From contig JAOAET010000044.1 in the NCBI GenBank assembly GCA_026416665.1, forward strand, positions 2,491 through 66,490: a stretch of 64,000 nt of DNA, in the 5' to 3' direction. Positions 8,178 through 21,600 of the stretch are shown here, in pieces. A model generated the notes under the pieces. It worked only from the letters and a program-made list of their open reading frames with translations. It was not told where the DNA came from and made no database searches. Both the position numbers and the translations under genes were made by a program. Within the stretch, counting starts at the first letter, position 1. Each line of letters begins with the position of its first letter. Source of the stretch: Candidatus Omnitrophota bacterium (lineage in GTDB: Bacteria; Omnitrophota; Gorgyraeia; Gygaellales; Profunditerraquicolaceae).

Positions 8178-9811
8178 GGCAAGATACGGTATCTCTGTTC
8201 CTTTTTAGGAACCCACCAGTCAATAAAGTTGTAGCCAATGCCTATAGAAGCTGGCTCTACCCCTTGAAACCGTTTATGTAAACATAACAAAGCATCCTGA
8301 GAAAACAAAAACATATACGGCTGCTCTTCGTAGATTATCTGATGAATTCTTCTATAACACTGAGCACGCTGGTTTTGATCAAAGGTTCTGCGTGCCTGCT
8401 CCAGTAAATCATCAACCTCTGTATTCTGATAACCTATAAAATTAAACTCTCCTGGTCTGGTCTTTGAGGAATGCCATATATCAAAGATATCTGGCTCCCG
8501 TGGCACTGACCAACCTAATAAAACTGCATCAAAATTCCGCGCATCCACAACTTCATTTAGAAATACACTCCATTCTGCAACTCGGATTTTAACTTTTATT
8601 CCAATATCTTTTAATCGGCGCTGGATAATTTGTGCAACTTTTAGACGCTCTTCGTTTCCTTGATTAGTAACGATGGTAAATTCAAACACCTTTTTGTCTT
8701 TATCCAACCAGCCGTCATTATCAGTGTCTTGCCAACCCAAGTCATTAAGTATTCTCTTGGCTTCTTGGGGATTAAACTCTTTTGGCTTAATATTGTTATT
8801 ATACGCCCAAGATTGCGGCACAAACGGACCAGTACAGATGCTTCCAAAACCTAAAAGCACCATATCAATAATCTCTTTTTTATCTACTGCTAGATTAAGG
8901 GCCTGACGAACACGTACATCGTTAAAAAGTGGTCTTCTTAGATTATAACCTAGATAGGTATAATTAAAACCGGGTAGTCTAAACTTTCGGTAGTATTTCT
9001 TAAAGAAATTAGTATCGGTCTGACGGCTGAATTGAAGGGGAGATAATCCCGAGGTATCTATTGCCTGCGTCTGTAACTCCAAAAAAATAGTTGAACTATC
9101 AGGAATAACCCTGGTTATACTGCGACTAATAAATGGTTTATGTTCAAAATAATCTTCGTTAGCGATTAATTCAATTTTTTCTTGTGTCTTCCACTTCTTT
9201 AATTTGTAAGGACCAGTCCCAATAGGATGGCGGCTAAATGAGGTATTGTTTATGTCTTGTTTTTCTAAAATATGTTTAGGGATAATAGACATTCCCCAAC
9301 TAGCAAGTCCAGGAGCAAAAGGTTGTTTATACCTTATTTTTACCGTGTATTTATCAATTATCTCTAACGACTCTATCTCCTTAAAATCACCACTATAAGG
9401 AGTTCTAACTTGCGGGTCAATTAACTTTTCAAAAGTAAATTTTACATCTTCTGCAGTAAACTCTACACCATCATGCCAACGCACACCTTTTCTTAGATAA
9501 AAAATAATCACCCGACCACCTTCAGATATATCCCATTTTTCTGCCAAATCTCCTACTAAATTGATGTCTTTATCGTATTTAACCAGCCCATTAAAAATTA
9601 AGCTGGTTATGTCAGAAGAGGCAGAATCCGAGGCCAAAATAGGCATTAATGTGCGAGCATCAGCAATAGAGGCACTAACAATAGCATCACCGTAATCTAC
9701 TGCTTCTGCAGTGCCGAATAAAAACAAAAGCGCTACCAGTAATGCTGGTAGCGTATATTGAAGCAAATTTTTATCTTTCATTTTTTGCGCTGCTTTTTTA
9801 ATGTGCAGCAT
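8174..9811 (-). CDS. oppA: Peptide ABC transporter substrate-binding protein, family 5 (true start may be the second Met, MKDKN)
   Basis: LRKGVRWHDG..FTAEDVKFT, PIGTGPY, DVRVRQAL; hydrophobic signal segment. Confidence 0.9.
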   Translation of the reverse strand: MLHIKKAAQKMKDKNLLQYTLPALLVALLFLFGTAEAVDYGDAIVSASIADARTLMPILASDSASSDITSLIFNGLVKYDKDINLVGDLAEKWDISEGGRVIIFYLRKGVRWHDGVEFTAEDVKFTFEKLIDPQVRTPYSGDFKEIESLEIIDKYTVKIRYKQPFAPGLASWGMSIIPKHILEKQDINNTSFSRHPIGTGPYKLKKWKTQEKIELIANEDYFEHKPFISRSITRVIPDSSTIFLELQTQAIDTSGLSPLQFSRQTDTNFFKKYYRKFRLPGFNYTYLGYNLRRPLFNDVRVRQALNLAVDKKEIIDMVLLGFGSICTGPFVPQSWAYNNNIKPKEFNPQEAKRILNDLGWQDTDNDGWLDKDKKVFEFTIVTNQGNEERLKVAQIIQRRLKDIGIKVKIRVAEWSVFLNEVVDARNFDAVLLGWSVPREPDIFDIWHSSKTRPGEFNFIGYQNTEVDDLLEQARRTFDQNQRAQCYRRIHQIIYEEQPYMFLFSQDALLCLHKRFQGVEPASIGIGYNFIDWWVPKKEQRYRILP

Positions 9812-9857
9812 AAATCCACAATTTTGGCCGAAAACCTGATTTATTACAAATTAAGTT

Positions 9858-10301
9858 CTAATTTTGATTCGGCACCTGCTGATTTGCTTTCATTGGATTA
9901 CCTGGTGAAGAAGTAGCAGTCTTGGTTGCATTAATTTCTTGATTTCCTTGCGTTACATTACCAGTCGTAGTGGTTGGAACAGAAGATTGGGGCTTCTCTG
10001 TCCTTTGTGGTTGCACGTCAGTTGCGTTTTGAGTAGTTATAATCTTCTGTGGCTTAACTGAACGCATCAAGGATCTGCTTTCCCGTAGGGACAAAAATGC
10101 AAGATTCAAACAACTTAAAAAGAACAAAACTGCCAACACAGAAGTAAGTTTTGAAAGAAATGTGCTTGTCTTTGTCCCTAACATTGACTCAAGTCCTGAA
10201 AACGCCTCTACAAAACCTCCACCCCTGCCCCGCTGAACTAAGATAATTGCAATAAGGATAATACAAACCAAGACGTGAAAAGTTACTGCTAAAGCCATCA
10301 T
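9858..10301 (-). CDS. secG: Preprotein translocase SecG with a long T/Q/S-rich C-terminal tail
   Basis: ILVQRGRGGG, two TM segments, located downstream of tpiA. Confidence 0.85.
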   Translation of the reverse strand: MMALAVTFHVLVCIILIAIILVQRGRGGGFVEAFSGLESMLGTKTSTFLSKLTSVLAVLFFLSCLNLAFLSLRESRSLMRSVKPQKIITTQNATDVQPQRTEKPQSSVPTTTTGNVTQGNQEINATKTATSSPGNPMKANQQVPNQN

Positions 10302-11077
10302 TTTTTCACCTTCACTTTCATTGCTCGAATTACTATATCCGAGAAAGAATCTACTTTTAGGCTTGCTCCTCCTACTAAAGCCCCGTCTACATCTGGCTGT
10401 TGCATAATCTCTTCAATATTATCAGGTTTTACACTACCACCATATTGAATGCGTATATTATTGGCTATTTCCTTATTAAACATCTCTGTCAACAGCTTAC
10501 GAATAAACTGATGTGCTTCTTGGGCCTGCTGACTGGTAGCATTCTTACCTGTTCCAATTGCCCATACTGGTTCATAAGCAATGACGATGTCAGAAACCTC
10601 TTGAGCTGTTAACCCAGTTAAACCATTTTGGATATGGTCTTTTAAAACCTCGAAGGTCTTTTCTTCTTGTCGTTCCTTAAGTGTCTCGCCCACGCACATA
10701 ATAGGAATCAAACCGTTTTGTAACGCTGCTTTTACTTTTTTATTGACGGTCTGGTTTGTTTCTCCAAAATATTGTCTTCGCTCAGAATGACCAATAATTA
10801 CGTATTTGCAACCTACATCTTTAAGCATTAGTGGTGATACTTCCCCAGTAAAGGCACCTTCTTGCTGCCAGAAGACATCTTGTGCACCTAACTGCATTGG
10901 TGAACCGCTAATTACCTCATTTACTTCGGAAAGAGCAGTAAACACAGGACACAATACAATGTCAATAGCCTCTGCATCAAGGTCATAAAACGCCCGTTTT
11001 AACCCATTGGCTAACTCAATTGCCTGACTAATGGTTTTATACATCTTCCAGTTTCCAGCAATAATTGGCTTTCTCAT
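10298..11077 (-). CDS. tpiA: Triosephosphate isomerase
   Basis: AGNWKM, GHSERR, AYEPVWAIGTG, YGGSV, LVGGASL. Confidence 0.98.
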   Translation of the reverse strand: MRKPIIAGNWKMYKTISQAIELANGLKRAFYDLDAEAIDIVLCPVFTALSEVNEVISGSPMQLGAQDVFWQQEGAFTGEVSPLMLKDVGCKYVIIGHSERRQYFGETNQTVNKKVKAALQNGLIPIMCVGETLKERQEEKTFEVLKDHIQNGLTGLTAQEVSDIVIAYEPVWAIGTGKNATSQQAQEAHQFIRKLLTEMFNKEIANNIRIQYGGSVKPDNIEEIMQQPDVDGALVGGASLKVDSFSDIVIRAMKVKVKK

Positions 11078-11151
11078 ATCTGTCTTGTCCTGTTGAAAAA
11101 CCTCTTCAAATTATCCATAATTGCATATGTCTGGCAAAACATTACCTAATT

Positions 11152-12333
11152 TTATTTATCACTTAAAGCAGCAATACCTGGTAAAACTTTTCCTTCCAAA
11201 AATTCTAAACTTGCCCCTCCACCAGTTGAAATATGCGTCATTTTATCTTGTAACTTAAACTTAGCCACTGCAGCTGCTGAATCACCACCACCTATAATGG
11301 TGGTTGCCTTCAAATTCGCCAGACACTTGCAGATTGCCTCAGTCCCTTTGGCAAAAGGCTCCATCTCAAATACTCCCATTGGTCCGTTCCAGACCACTGT
11401 CTTGGCGTTCTTTAACTTAGATTCAAACAAGGCAATAGTCTTAGGTCCTATATCCACGGCAATCTTACCCTCAGGAACCTCTGGGCCAACTATGGCGGTG
11501 TTGGCATTAGCGTCAATGGTATCTACCACTACGTGGTCACAAGGCAAAACTATTTCTTTTTTTAGTTGTCTTGCCTTCTCAAGTATAGAGTTTGCTGTCT
11601 CAATTTTATCTTTTTCTAGTTTGGAGTTTCCTACTCCTATGCCTTGTGCCTTCAGAAAGGTGTAAGCCATACCACCACCAATCAGAATAGTATCGCACTT
11701 CGGCAAAAGATTCTCTATTACCGCAATTTTATCAGAGACCTTTGCTCCACCTAAAATCACAATAAACGGACGTGCAGGATTAGCCACTGCCTCACCTAAG
11801 TACTTAATCTCTTTCTCTAAGAGAAAACCTGCTGCTGAGGGTAAATATTTATTTACTCCTGCAGTGGATGCATGGGCACGATGTGCTGTTCCAAAGGCGT
11901 CGTTTACGAAAACATCACCTAAAGAAGCAAGTTCTTTAGCGAATGCCGGATCATTTGCCTCTTCTTCGGCATGAAAACGTAGATTCTCCAGCAAAACCAC
12001 TTTACTGTTTGCTTTCTGAACAGCCTCTTTGAGACCCGGGCCAACACAATCATTCATTAAATCTACTGGTTCTCCCAATAATTCGGCAAGTTTTACTGCT
12101 ACTGGCTTTAAACTATACTTATCTACGCGCTTGCCATCAGGTCTTCCTAAGTGGCTCATCAAAACAAGTTTCTTTGCCCCTTGTTCTAGAATGTATTTGA
12201 TAGTAGGAAGCGTCTCTCTTATACGAGTATCGTCAGTAACTTGAAGATTTGCATCAAGTGGCACATTAAAGTCCGCACGCATCAAAACAATTTTGTCTTT
12301 AAGTTTAAGGTCACGAACAGTTAGTTTTGCCAT
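11152..12333 (-). CDS. pgk: Phosphoglycerate kinase
   Basis: RADFNVP, SHLGRP, NDAFGTAHRAHAS, STGGGASLEFLEG. Confidence 0.98.
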   Translation of the reverse strand: MAKLTVRDLKLKDKIVLMRADFNVPLDANLQVTDDTRIRETLPTIKYILEQGAKKLVLMSHLGRPDGKRVDKYSLKPVAVKLAELLGEPVDLMNDCVGPGLKEAVQKANSKVVLLENLRFHAEEEANDPAFAKELASLGDVFVNDAFGTAHRAHASTAGVNKYLPSAAGFLLEKEIKYLGEAVANPARPFIVILGGAKVSDKIAVIENLLPKCDTILIGGGMAYTFLKAQGIGVGNSKLEKDKIETANSILEKARQLKKEIVLPCDHVVVDTIDANANTAIVGPEVPEGKIAVDIGPKTIALFESKLKNAKTVVWNGPMGVFEMEPFAKGTEAICKCLANLKATTIIGGGDSAAAVAKFKLQDKMTHISTGGGASLEFLEGKVLPGIAALSDK

Positions 12334-12372
12334 ATTTGCCCCCCTTTGCCTATAATCTTTTTAAGAGAAAAT

Positions 12373-12401
12373 AATATATACTATTTTATTGAAGTTGTCA
12401 A
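12373..12401 (-). promoter_or_regulatory. Sigma70-like promoter of pgk
   Basis: TTGACA-N17-TATATT. Confidence 0.6.
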
Positions 12402-12601
12402 AGATTTTCCTATCATACGCATAAAACTAAATTCCCACAAACAATCTCGTTATTAAACTTAATTCTATTTTCACCAAGAAAAATAATGGCAAAAATTGTG
12501 GAGATTTATTTAACTTATTCTTATGGGTGATTAACTTAAGAGAGAAATTAGCTTACCTAACTACAAGAGATTTTTTGCTAGTGATTAATAACCATATAAA
12601 A

Positions 12602-15600
12602 TTACTGTCTTATATCCCAGTTAACATTGCCGCCCAAATCTTGGGAACGAATGGCAATGATGGTTTTGCCGTCTGCCTGGTGGGAATAGCCAATTTTTAA
12701 ATAAGAAAGGGTTGTTTGCGGAGCACTCAGATACCACATCATTTCAGGAACAATTGGTGCAAGTTCAATAAGCCGACCTGCTGAACCTGACACATTAAAA
12801 CCTGTAGTTATTGTATGCGGTGCAGACGCAGAAGCAGCGGAAAAAGATAATTTCTTTACCCCAGGACCAGCGTTTAAGTAGGCAGTAACCAGACGGTCAA
12901 CAAATGCCACTCCACCTTCATAGGTGTTAGTAATAGTCAAGATATTAAAACTGCTTCCTCCTGACCTTACTGTCTGGGTTTGAGTACTGGAATTAAGAAT
13001 TACCTTGCCTGTACCAGGATCAAACAAACCACCAAGATTAGTCCAGTTCCCTGAGACAGTAAGAGTATAAGAACCAGCACGAAGTATAGCATTTTCTTCA
13101 ATAATCAAATTCCCTGCGATAAAGGTATTACCACTTAACCAATAATTTGCCTGATACCTATTTGAGATGGTTAAATTTGTATAATTGGTTGAGGCAAGAT
13201 AAATATTAATGGTTGCAGTCTGATTAACTAAAGTTCCAGTTATTACGATTTGAATTACCGGCCCGACTTGCGAGCCAGCAAGCACACGAATTTGTTCTAC
13301 TGCACTGACGGTAAAATCGCCTTTACCCAACTGACCATTAGCGTTATTACCGCAATTAAATACTGGTCGTGCCTGACTTAAGGCAACAGTCTGTGCACCA
13401 CCTGCTGCTATAGCCACAATATCGTGAAGATAAGTTTCACTTCCTTGTTCTCCTGCCAAAACTTTGACTGGGGTATATCTATTTATGGTGGTTCCATCAC
13501 CAAGTTGACCCCAAGGTTCATTGTTAGGACCTTGGTTTTGCCCCCAACTATAAACATAACCACCGTCAGCAATTGCTAAACTGTGTGCACCACCTGCTGC
13601 TATATCAGTAACATTTCTTAAATAAGTACCTCCTTGTACTCCTGCCAAGACTCGAACAGCAGTTAAACGCGTAAAAGTAGTCCCGTCCCCTAACTGACCA
13701 TAGTTATTATATCCCCAGCTAAAAACATAACCGTCTGAAGAAAGTGCTAAACTGTGTGAATCGCCTGCAGAGATTCGTGTTATATTATGTAAGTAAGTAC
13801 CTGCTCCTTGTTCACCAGAAAGCACTCTGACCGCTGTTGCACTATTTATAGTTGATCCATTTCCTAACTGTCCGTCTTCATTAAATCCCCAAGCATAAAC
13901 ATAACCATCAGTTGTAAGCGCAAGCATATGCGCACCACCTACAGCAACTGTTGCTATATCGTGTAGATATGTGCCACCTCCTTGTTCACCAGAAAGAACT
14001 TGCACAGGATAATAACTATCTTGGGTTGTTCCATTACCTAACTCTCCTTCACCGTTGTAACCCCAGGTATAAACGAAACCTGTTGAGGATACAGCTGCAC
14101 TATTAAAACCACCGGCTGCTATCTTTGAGATATTACTAAGCACCCCCTCGTTATTTAATCCATGCACCTGAACTGGGGTTGCACTATTTTCCGTTGAGCC
14201 GTTACCTAACTGACCAAACTCATTATATCCCCAAGCAAATACTGTTCCATCTTCTGCCAAGGCGATACTGTGATAACCACCTGCTGCTATGCGAATAATA
14301 TTATGTAAATAGGTTCCTCCTCCCTGCTCACCCGAAAGTACCTGCACAGGTCTTGAGGCATCATCAGTTGTGTTATCCCCTAATTGACCAAAGAAATTGC
14401 ATCCCCAAGCAAAGACATAACCGTCTTGGGTTAACGCAATAGTGTGATCATAACCTGAAGCAATTGCTCGGATATTAACCAGATAACTCTTCCATACCAA
14501 ATTCCAAGTAGTAGCATTTCCTGCCTGCAAGGTGTGATTAAATTTTACTTCTAGTGTTCCATTTACATTTATCGTATTTGTTCCTGTCTTGGTAGTTGTA
14601 GCTACTGTTGAACCATCACCAAAGGTAAGATTAAAAAAGTTCCAGGCATTAGATGAACCGCCAAAGTTACCTGTACCTTGTACAGTAAATGTGCCACCGG
14701 TTACATTGATAATCCCTACGCCAGAGCTGGTGACACTGCCTCCTTTTACGGTGATGTTGTAATCGCTAGCAAGAGTACCTACATCAACCTGTAAGACATT
14801 ATTAATCACTACTGGCCCAGCAAATGTCTTTGTTCCCGTAGCATTAATAATTACCTTATAAAAATCACGACCATTACCCGTTCCACCAGTATCAACGGTT
14901 GCTGAACTACCGCTAAAAATCACTGTACTTGTTCCGCAATTGAAAGTAGCTTTGTTTAACCAATCACCACTTACTGTTAAGGTATTATTTGTCAAAGTAA
15001 GCGCACCAGCTAAAATAGATACACTTCCTTCAAAATTAACTGTACCACTAAAAGTCAAAGTACCTGTGCCTAACTTATCCAAACTTCCTGCTCCACCGCC
15101 ACCAGTATCAGTAAAAGTATTTGAAATAATCGTGTTTCCTGTTCCATCAACAGTTAAACGATATCCACCATTGTTTATGGTTCCAGAAAGACTAAGCTGT
15201 GCCCCTTTTACTTCAATAGTGCTTGTTCCTGTCATAGTAATAGCACCAGCAAAACTACTTGTGCCCGTGCTACAAATAAGCTTACTGTCTGCAGCTAAAA
15301 TAAGCGGCTCAGTGGTAGAATAACTAACATTACGAAAATCAATGGTTGCATTATTTACCGTGGTATTACCAGCATTTGTGCCAAGGGCGTTATTTACCGT
15401 TACTGCTAATGTGCCTCCATTAATTACATTTGCTCCTGTATAAGTATTATTGCCACTTAATACTAAAGTCCCTAAACCTGCCTTAGTAATACCAAAACCA
15501 GTGCCACTAATCACTACGCTAATAGTTAAGTCATCATTTGCACTGCCGTCTTCAACAGTTATAACTCGCGATGCACCCAAAGCAATACTTCCACTACTAG

Positions 15601-18600
15601 AAGTGGTTATTGTAGAACCCACTGCCCCCAGACCATTGACAAACAAATTAATGCTACCTGCACCTGTAGAAAGAAGTGTCAAGGTGCCTGCTCCCAAAAC
15701 AACATCCGCAGCGTTAGTGCTTCCGCTATAGAGATTTAAAGTAGTAATAGTCAAAGCAACATTCCCTAAGGTAAAAGTAGCGTTCGGTGCAACTGTAATT
15801 ACACTGGTGTTGGCAATAGCATTGGCAAGGTTTATGGTTAAGCCACCTTCGTTAATAGTAGTAACTGCTGTGTAACTTTTAACTGCTCCGTAGTAACTGG
15901 CAGCACTTGTTGGAAATTCTACTGTACCTGAACCACTAATAGTTAAACCACCTGAACCAGCAATAGCTGGAGATATATAAAATGAACCTATAGCAAAAAT
16001 AATTCCTTCGGCATAACCAAATTGTAAAATACGAGAAGTGCTTGAAGCAGTGGCTCCAATATTACCTGTAGAAACTCGACCAACTGCACCTGAAGTAACC
16101 GTTAATGTACAGTTTGCACTGTAACTTAAGTCTGCACCGTTAATTAAAATAGAGTTAATCGTTACACTACTTGCGGCATTAGTAGCAGAAGTAATTCTTA
16201 CATTTGTGCCTGCGGTCAAGGTGTTTTGAGTATATTCTGTAGCAAGGTCAAGTAGACGAATTCCATTACTGTTAGGCCCATTATCTGTTATATTTATGTT
16301 ATAAGTGACAAATCCTGTACCTAAACCACTTACAGAATTATCTCCAAAGGCATAAGGAACAATCGGCTTGTTCGTCGCAGAGGTATTTGCACCGACCAAA
16401 TATAAACCTGAGGGATCAACAAAAATAATATTGGTGTTTCCTGCTGCAGGGTTGCTACCTATATTATTACCTCTAAACAACACAGTAGCTCCTGTATCTC
16501 TTGTAATCGCACCAAAAGTAAGAACAGTTGAACCACCTGTTCCTGAAAAGACCGTTACCTTAGAAGCTCCTTGTGCGACTTCCAGCATTCCAATAGTTTC
16601 CGCGGCATTGGTAGCAGATACATTGGTTCCCTTGAACACAAATTCTCCACCTCTTAGAATAATAGAACTACTGTTGCCAATACGGTTGGTGTTGTTGGCA
16701 GCGCTATTGTCAACAATTACACTACCACTAGAATTTATAACAAAAGACACACAATTAAGGGCAGTGCCATTACTTCCGGATAAAGTAAGTGTTCCTCTGT
16801 TAATAGTGGTAGTGCCCAAATAGCTATTAACACCAGTTAAAGTAAGCGAACCGGCGTTTACCGTAAGGTCTGCCACAAAAGAATTGTTACCTCCAAGAAG
16901 AAGCGAGCCATCACCATCTTTTATTAAAGAACCTTCACCAGTAATAATTCCGTTATAAGTAAGGGTAGTTCCTGTATCGGTGTATATGGTTCCTGTTCCT
17001 GATAAAAAAATTCCCCGATTAGCGTTTAAGGTAAAAGAAGAACTTGTTCTTAGTGTTCCAGCAAAAAGATTAAGGTAACTGTCACCTGTACCTGCTCCTA
17101 GTGCTTGGTCTTCAGATATTCTAATAATTGCCTCAGTTATTCTAATACCACCAGTAAAGTTATTTGTAGAGTTGCTTAAGGTGACTAATCCTGCACCTGC
17201 TACTGTTAATCCACCACTTCCTGTTATCTGACTTGAAATATTAAGGTTTCCTAAGGCGTAGATAACCGCAGAACTTGTCCCAAATGCCAGAACTGTAGAG
17301 GCATTTATTCCTGCATTTCCTTCTAGGGCTAAGACATTTCCGCTGGTAATTGTTAAGGTATAGGAAGAATTAGCTATAGCTGCTGAGGAAGTAAGAATAA
17401 GAGAATTGATAGTGATATTGGCAACCGGTGCAACTGCAGAGGTAAGCTTTACATTAGCATTAGGAACAGATAGACTTGTAGCATACTCGTTGCTATAGCC
17501 GCCGCTGTTTAACAGTCGCAAACCAAAAGGATTGTCATCAAAATTATAAGTTACCATATCCGTAGCAGCAGAGGACAAAGAATCGCTACCAAAGGCACCT
17601 TTAATGATACTTACAGTTGGTGTCCCTGCAGCGCCACCTGCGCCACTTAAAACAGGTGCATTAGTAAACATAATGGTAGCCACATTCGCCCCTGAAGCAC
17701 TACCTAAGTTTTTACCACGAAAAACCACTATTGCGCCTTCGGTGCGTGCTAAAGAGGCAAAGGTAATTACTGTTGCTCCTTTTGTAGAATCCCTGACGTT
17801 CACATAGTTAAGCCCAGACTGAATCTGAAGCGGTCCAACGGTTTCAAAAACAGCAGAGGTATTTGAACCAATAAGTGTGAAACTACCTCCATACATCTTA
17901 ATAGTGGCAGTATCGGCAATACGGTTTAAGTTACTGGCTGAACTATTATCAAGAATTAATGTCGCCTCATCATGGATGGTAAAAGAAGTAGAATCAAGTG
18001 CTGAGCCATTTGCTGCACTAAAAACTAAAGTGCCTTGTTTGACAGTTGTTTCACCAGAATAAGTATTTACACCCTGCAATATTAGAGTGCCTTGACCGTG
18101 TTTTTCTAGAGAATTTGCTCCCGCAATAACACCGGCGTAAGTTAAAGTAGTACCTGGCTCTACATAAATAGCACCTGTTTTTGATAGCAAAATTCCTCGG
18201 TTTGCATTTAAAGTAAAATCTGATAGAGTTCTCAGTGAACCACCATTTAAAATAAGGTGACTTGGCGTTGGTGTTACCGGAGCTGTCCCTAAACCGCTAT
18301 CTGCCTTAATCTTTAAGGCCCCTTCATTTATTATGGTTGTTCCGGTGTAAGTGTTGACAGCAGTAAAAAACCAAGTGCCAGAACCATTTTTTACTACACT
18401 GGTTACTCCTGTTCCATTATCAGTAATAACCGGGCTAAACACACCAGAACCTGTTCCCGTAAATATTAAGGTTCTAGATACGTTTGTACCACTTAAATTA
18501 ATGGAAGTTCCTGTGAAAGTAAGAGTTCCTTCTCCTGAAACATCTAGGGTAGTTCCAGAAGTTCCGACAGTAAAAAGTCTATCCGTAGAGGTGGACGGAC

Positions 18601-21600
18601 CAGTATATTTAAATGTTCCTGCATTTAATACAAGGTTAGTTGCAGCGTTAGAAGAGGCACCAATACTACTTGCAACTCCACCATTACGTAATATTGTAGT
18701 AACCATTGTACCCTCATTAACAGTTGTAACACCAGTGTAGGTATTAGCTGCATCCAGTGTCCATATTCCTATCCCATTTTTTGTAATGGAACCCGTAGTA
18801 ATAGCAATTACTCCACTTCTAAAGATTCCTTCTCCTGAACCATCTAGAATCAAGTTGTAAGTAGAACCAGTGACACCTCCAGTAAAAATAATCGGACCAG
18901 TTCCATCTGCGACAATAGTAACCCCTGAACCAGTCAAAGTGATACTACGATCAGTAGTTCCACCTGTTCCGATGTATCTAAGCACAGTTGAAGCAGCCAT
19001 ACTAATTGCAGAGGTGCCAGTTCCTAAAGAACTGGCTGAACCTGTGTTAGCCAAACTGTTTACCACTACCGTGCCTGCGTTAATAGTTACAGCACCAGTA
19101 AAAGTATTTAATCCCGTCAAAGTTAAGGTCCCATTTCCTGCTTTTGTAAGTCCACCTGCTCCACTAATTACTGCAGAAATTGTCAAACCGTCTGTAGAGT
19201 TAGTCAAAGTAAATGTCCTGGTTGCAGCCATAATGAGATTGCCACTAATCAAAGCATTGCTACTGCCACCAGTAGATGTAACATTTCCGTTTAATTGTAA
19301 ACTTCCTTGCCCTGTGGCCACTACTCCACCACCATTTGGACCGCTATTGATAGCCAGAGAAGTAACTGTCAAAGTAGCGCCATTACCACTGCAACGAACA
19401 ATGCCTCCATCATTTACGGTAAGCGCACCAATAGTATCTGAGAAACTGTTCCAGTCAAATACTGCACCGTTATTTACCGTCACATTTCCAGAAGACAATG
19501 TATCTGTTATGCCGTAAAGCAGTTTACCTGCATTTATTGCGGTAAGTCCAGTATAAGTATTTGCTTTGGAAAGTAACAAGGTTCCTGTGCCTTCTTTGGT
19601 AACACCATAACCTGTTCCACTTATTACTACCGCAATGGTTAAATCGTTTTCTGCTAATCCATCGGCAACAGTTACTGTTCTTGAAGCACTAAGGGCTATA
19701 CTACCAGTGCTTGCTGTGTAAATTGTTGAACCTACTGCCCCAGTCCCATTTAAGTTTACAGTTATATTCCCACCAAGGGTTAAAGCATTAATACCCAAAA
19801 CTACCTGAGCACCTGCAGTATTGCCACTATACAGATTTAGGGAAGCAATTGTCAAGGATACATCGCCTTTAGTAAAAGTAGCAGGAGCTGCAACGGTGAT
19901 AACGCTAGAGGTAGCAATACCACTGGCAAGGTTAACAGTTAATCCGCCTTCATTTATCGTAGTCGTTCCAGTGTAGGTCTTGGCAGCAGCATTAGAAGAA
20001 GGAAAAGTAACTGTGCCTCCTCCACTGATAGTAATTCCAGCTGTGCCAGAGATAACTGGAGCAAAATTAAATGACCCAATTGCCCAGATTACGCCTTCAA
20101 CATTACCAAACGCTAGAATACGGGAGGTAGCAGTAGAGCTTGCAATATCACCATTAGAAACTCTGGCAACCGCACCTGAGGAAACAGTTAAAGTACGAGT
20201 ATTGGTATTAAAAGTCAGTGTATTTCCGTCTATGAGCAGCGAGTTGATTGTAGCGTTCGTAGTAAAATTGGTAGCAACAGTAATCCGTACATTAGTGTTC
20301 GTAGTAAAAGCATTCTGGGTGTATTCAGTAGTTAGGTTCAGCGGTCTGATTCCATTGGTATTACCATTAGTGTCCACATTGTGGGTGACAAAACTTATTC
20401 CCGTGCCTGTGGCAGAGGTATCACCAAAAGCATAAGGGATGATGTTAATACTAGTAGTTCCGGCAGCGCCTCCTGCGCCCGTAAGGTTTAAACCTGCGGC
20501 ATTAGTGAAACGGATATTTGTGTTGCCTGCTTGAGGGTTTGCTCCAAGATTGGTTCCGCGAAAAAGCACAGTGGCTCCTGCGCTTCGGGAAGCGCCCGCA
20601 AAAGTGAGAATGGTTTGTCCACCTGTGCCAGAGAAAACCGTTACTTTGGACGCTCCAGAAGGAAGAGTTAACATACCCACTATCTCAGTGGCATTAGTAG
20701 AAGGCGTGTTTGTTCCGCGAAAGATAAGTTCTCCACCACTAAGAGTAAAGGCGTTAGAATCACTTAAACGGTTTGTGTTGTTAGTGCCACTGGTTGAGTT
20801 ATCTAAGTTCAGGATAGCACCTTGATTAACAATAAAAGTTGCACTGGTCATTGTGCCATTGGCACCGCTTAAAGTAAATATTCCCCCGTTTAAGGTAACG
20901 GTAGAAGAATTAGTGTTTACCCCCTGCAAAACAATTTCTCCGCCACCACGCTTCTCTAAAGGATTTGCACCTGCAATTACACCTGCATAAGTAAGCACAG
21001 TTGAACTGGTAACATCGATAATTCCACCACCAGAGGAAAGTGCAATACCACGGTTGGCATTAAGGGTAAAACTTGCAGTAGTTAAAAGTGTTCCTCCACC
21101 AAAAGTAAGATGGCCTGGAGTAGCTGAAGCAGGAGGTTGTCCTAAAGCTGAATCAGCCCAGATACGTAATGTCCCTGAATTAATAGTGGTTGCTCCCTGA
21201 TAGGTGTTTGTTGCACCTAAAACTAAAGTCCCCTGACCTTGCTTAATAAGTCCTCTGCCTGCACTGCCACTTATCACGCCACTTATGGTCAATGTCTCGT
21301 TACTATTAGTTACTGTAACTGTCCTTGTTTCTGATAAAGTAATATTTAAACTTATGGTATTTGTTCCACCACTTATATTAGTGGTAATTCCTCCTGCACC
21401 AAGAGTAATTGGATTTCCTGCCAGAGTATAACCGCTTCCAGTAATAGTAATAGAATTAAAACTTGTGTTTGCAGTCAAATCATTATAGGTATTTAATCTA
21501 GAAACCCCTGAAGGAAAAACAAGGTCATCTCCTGCGCCAGGAGTTGCACCACCTAATCCTGTCCAGTTTCCCGCAACTGACCAAAATTCACTGATTGCAC

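Noticed and set aside
13260-14480. Periodic ~170-bp repeats suggesting a CRISPR array or a DGR template/variable pair
   Set aside because: They are in-frame, diverged protein repeats (RCC1). There are no identical repeats with unique spacers and no cas or reverse transcriptase gene in the window.
14940-20825. Many plus-strand ORFs (up to 215 aa) rich in V, P and T
   Set aside because: They are antisense shadows of the G/T/N-rich TpsA repeats with no recognisable domain. The same applies to the other short plus-strand ORFs that overlap housekeeping genes.
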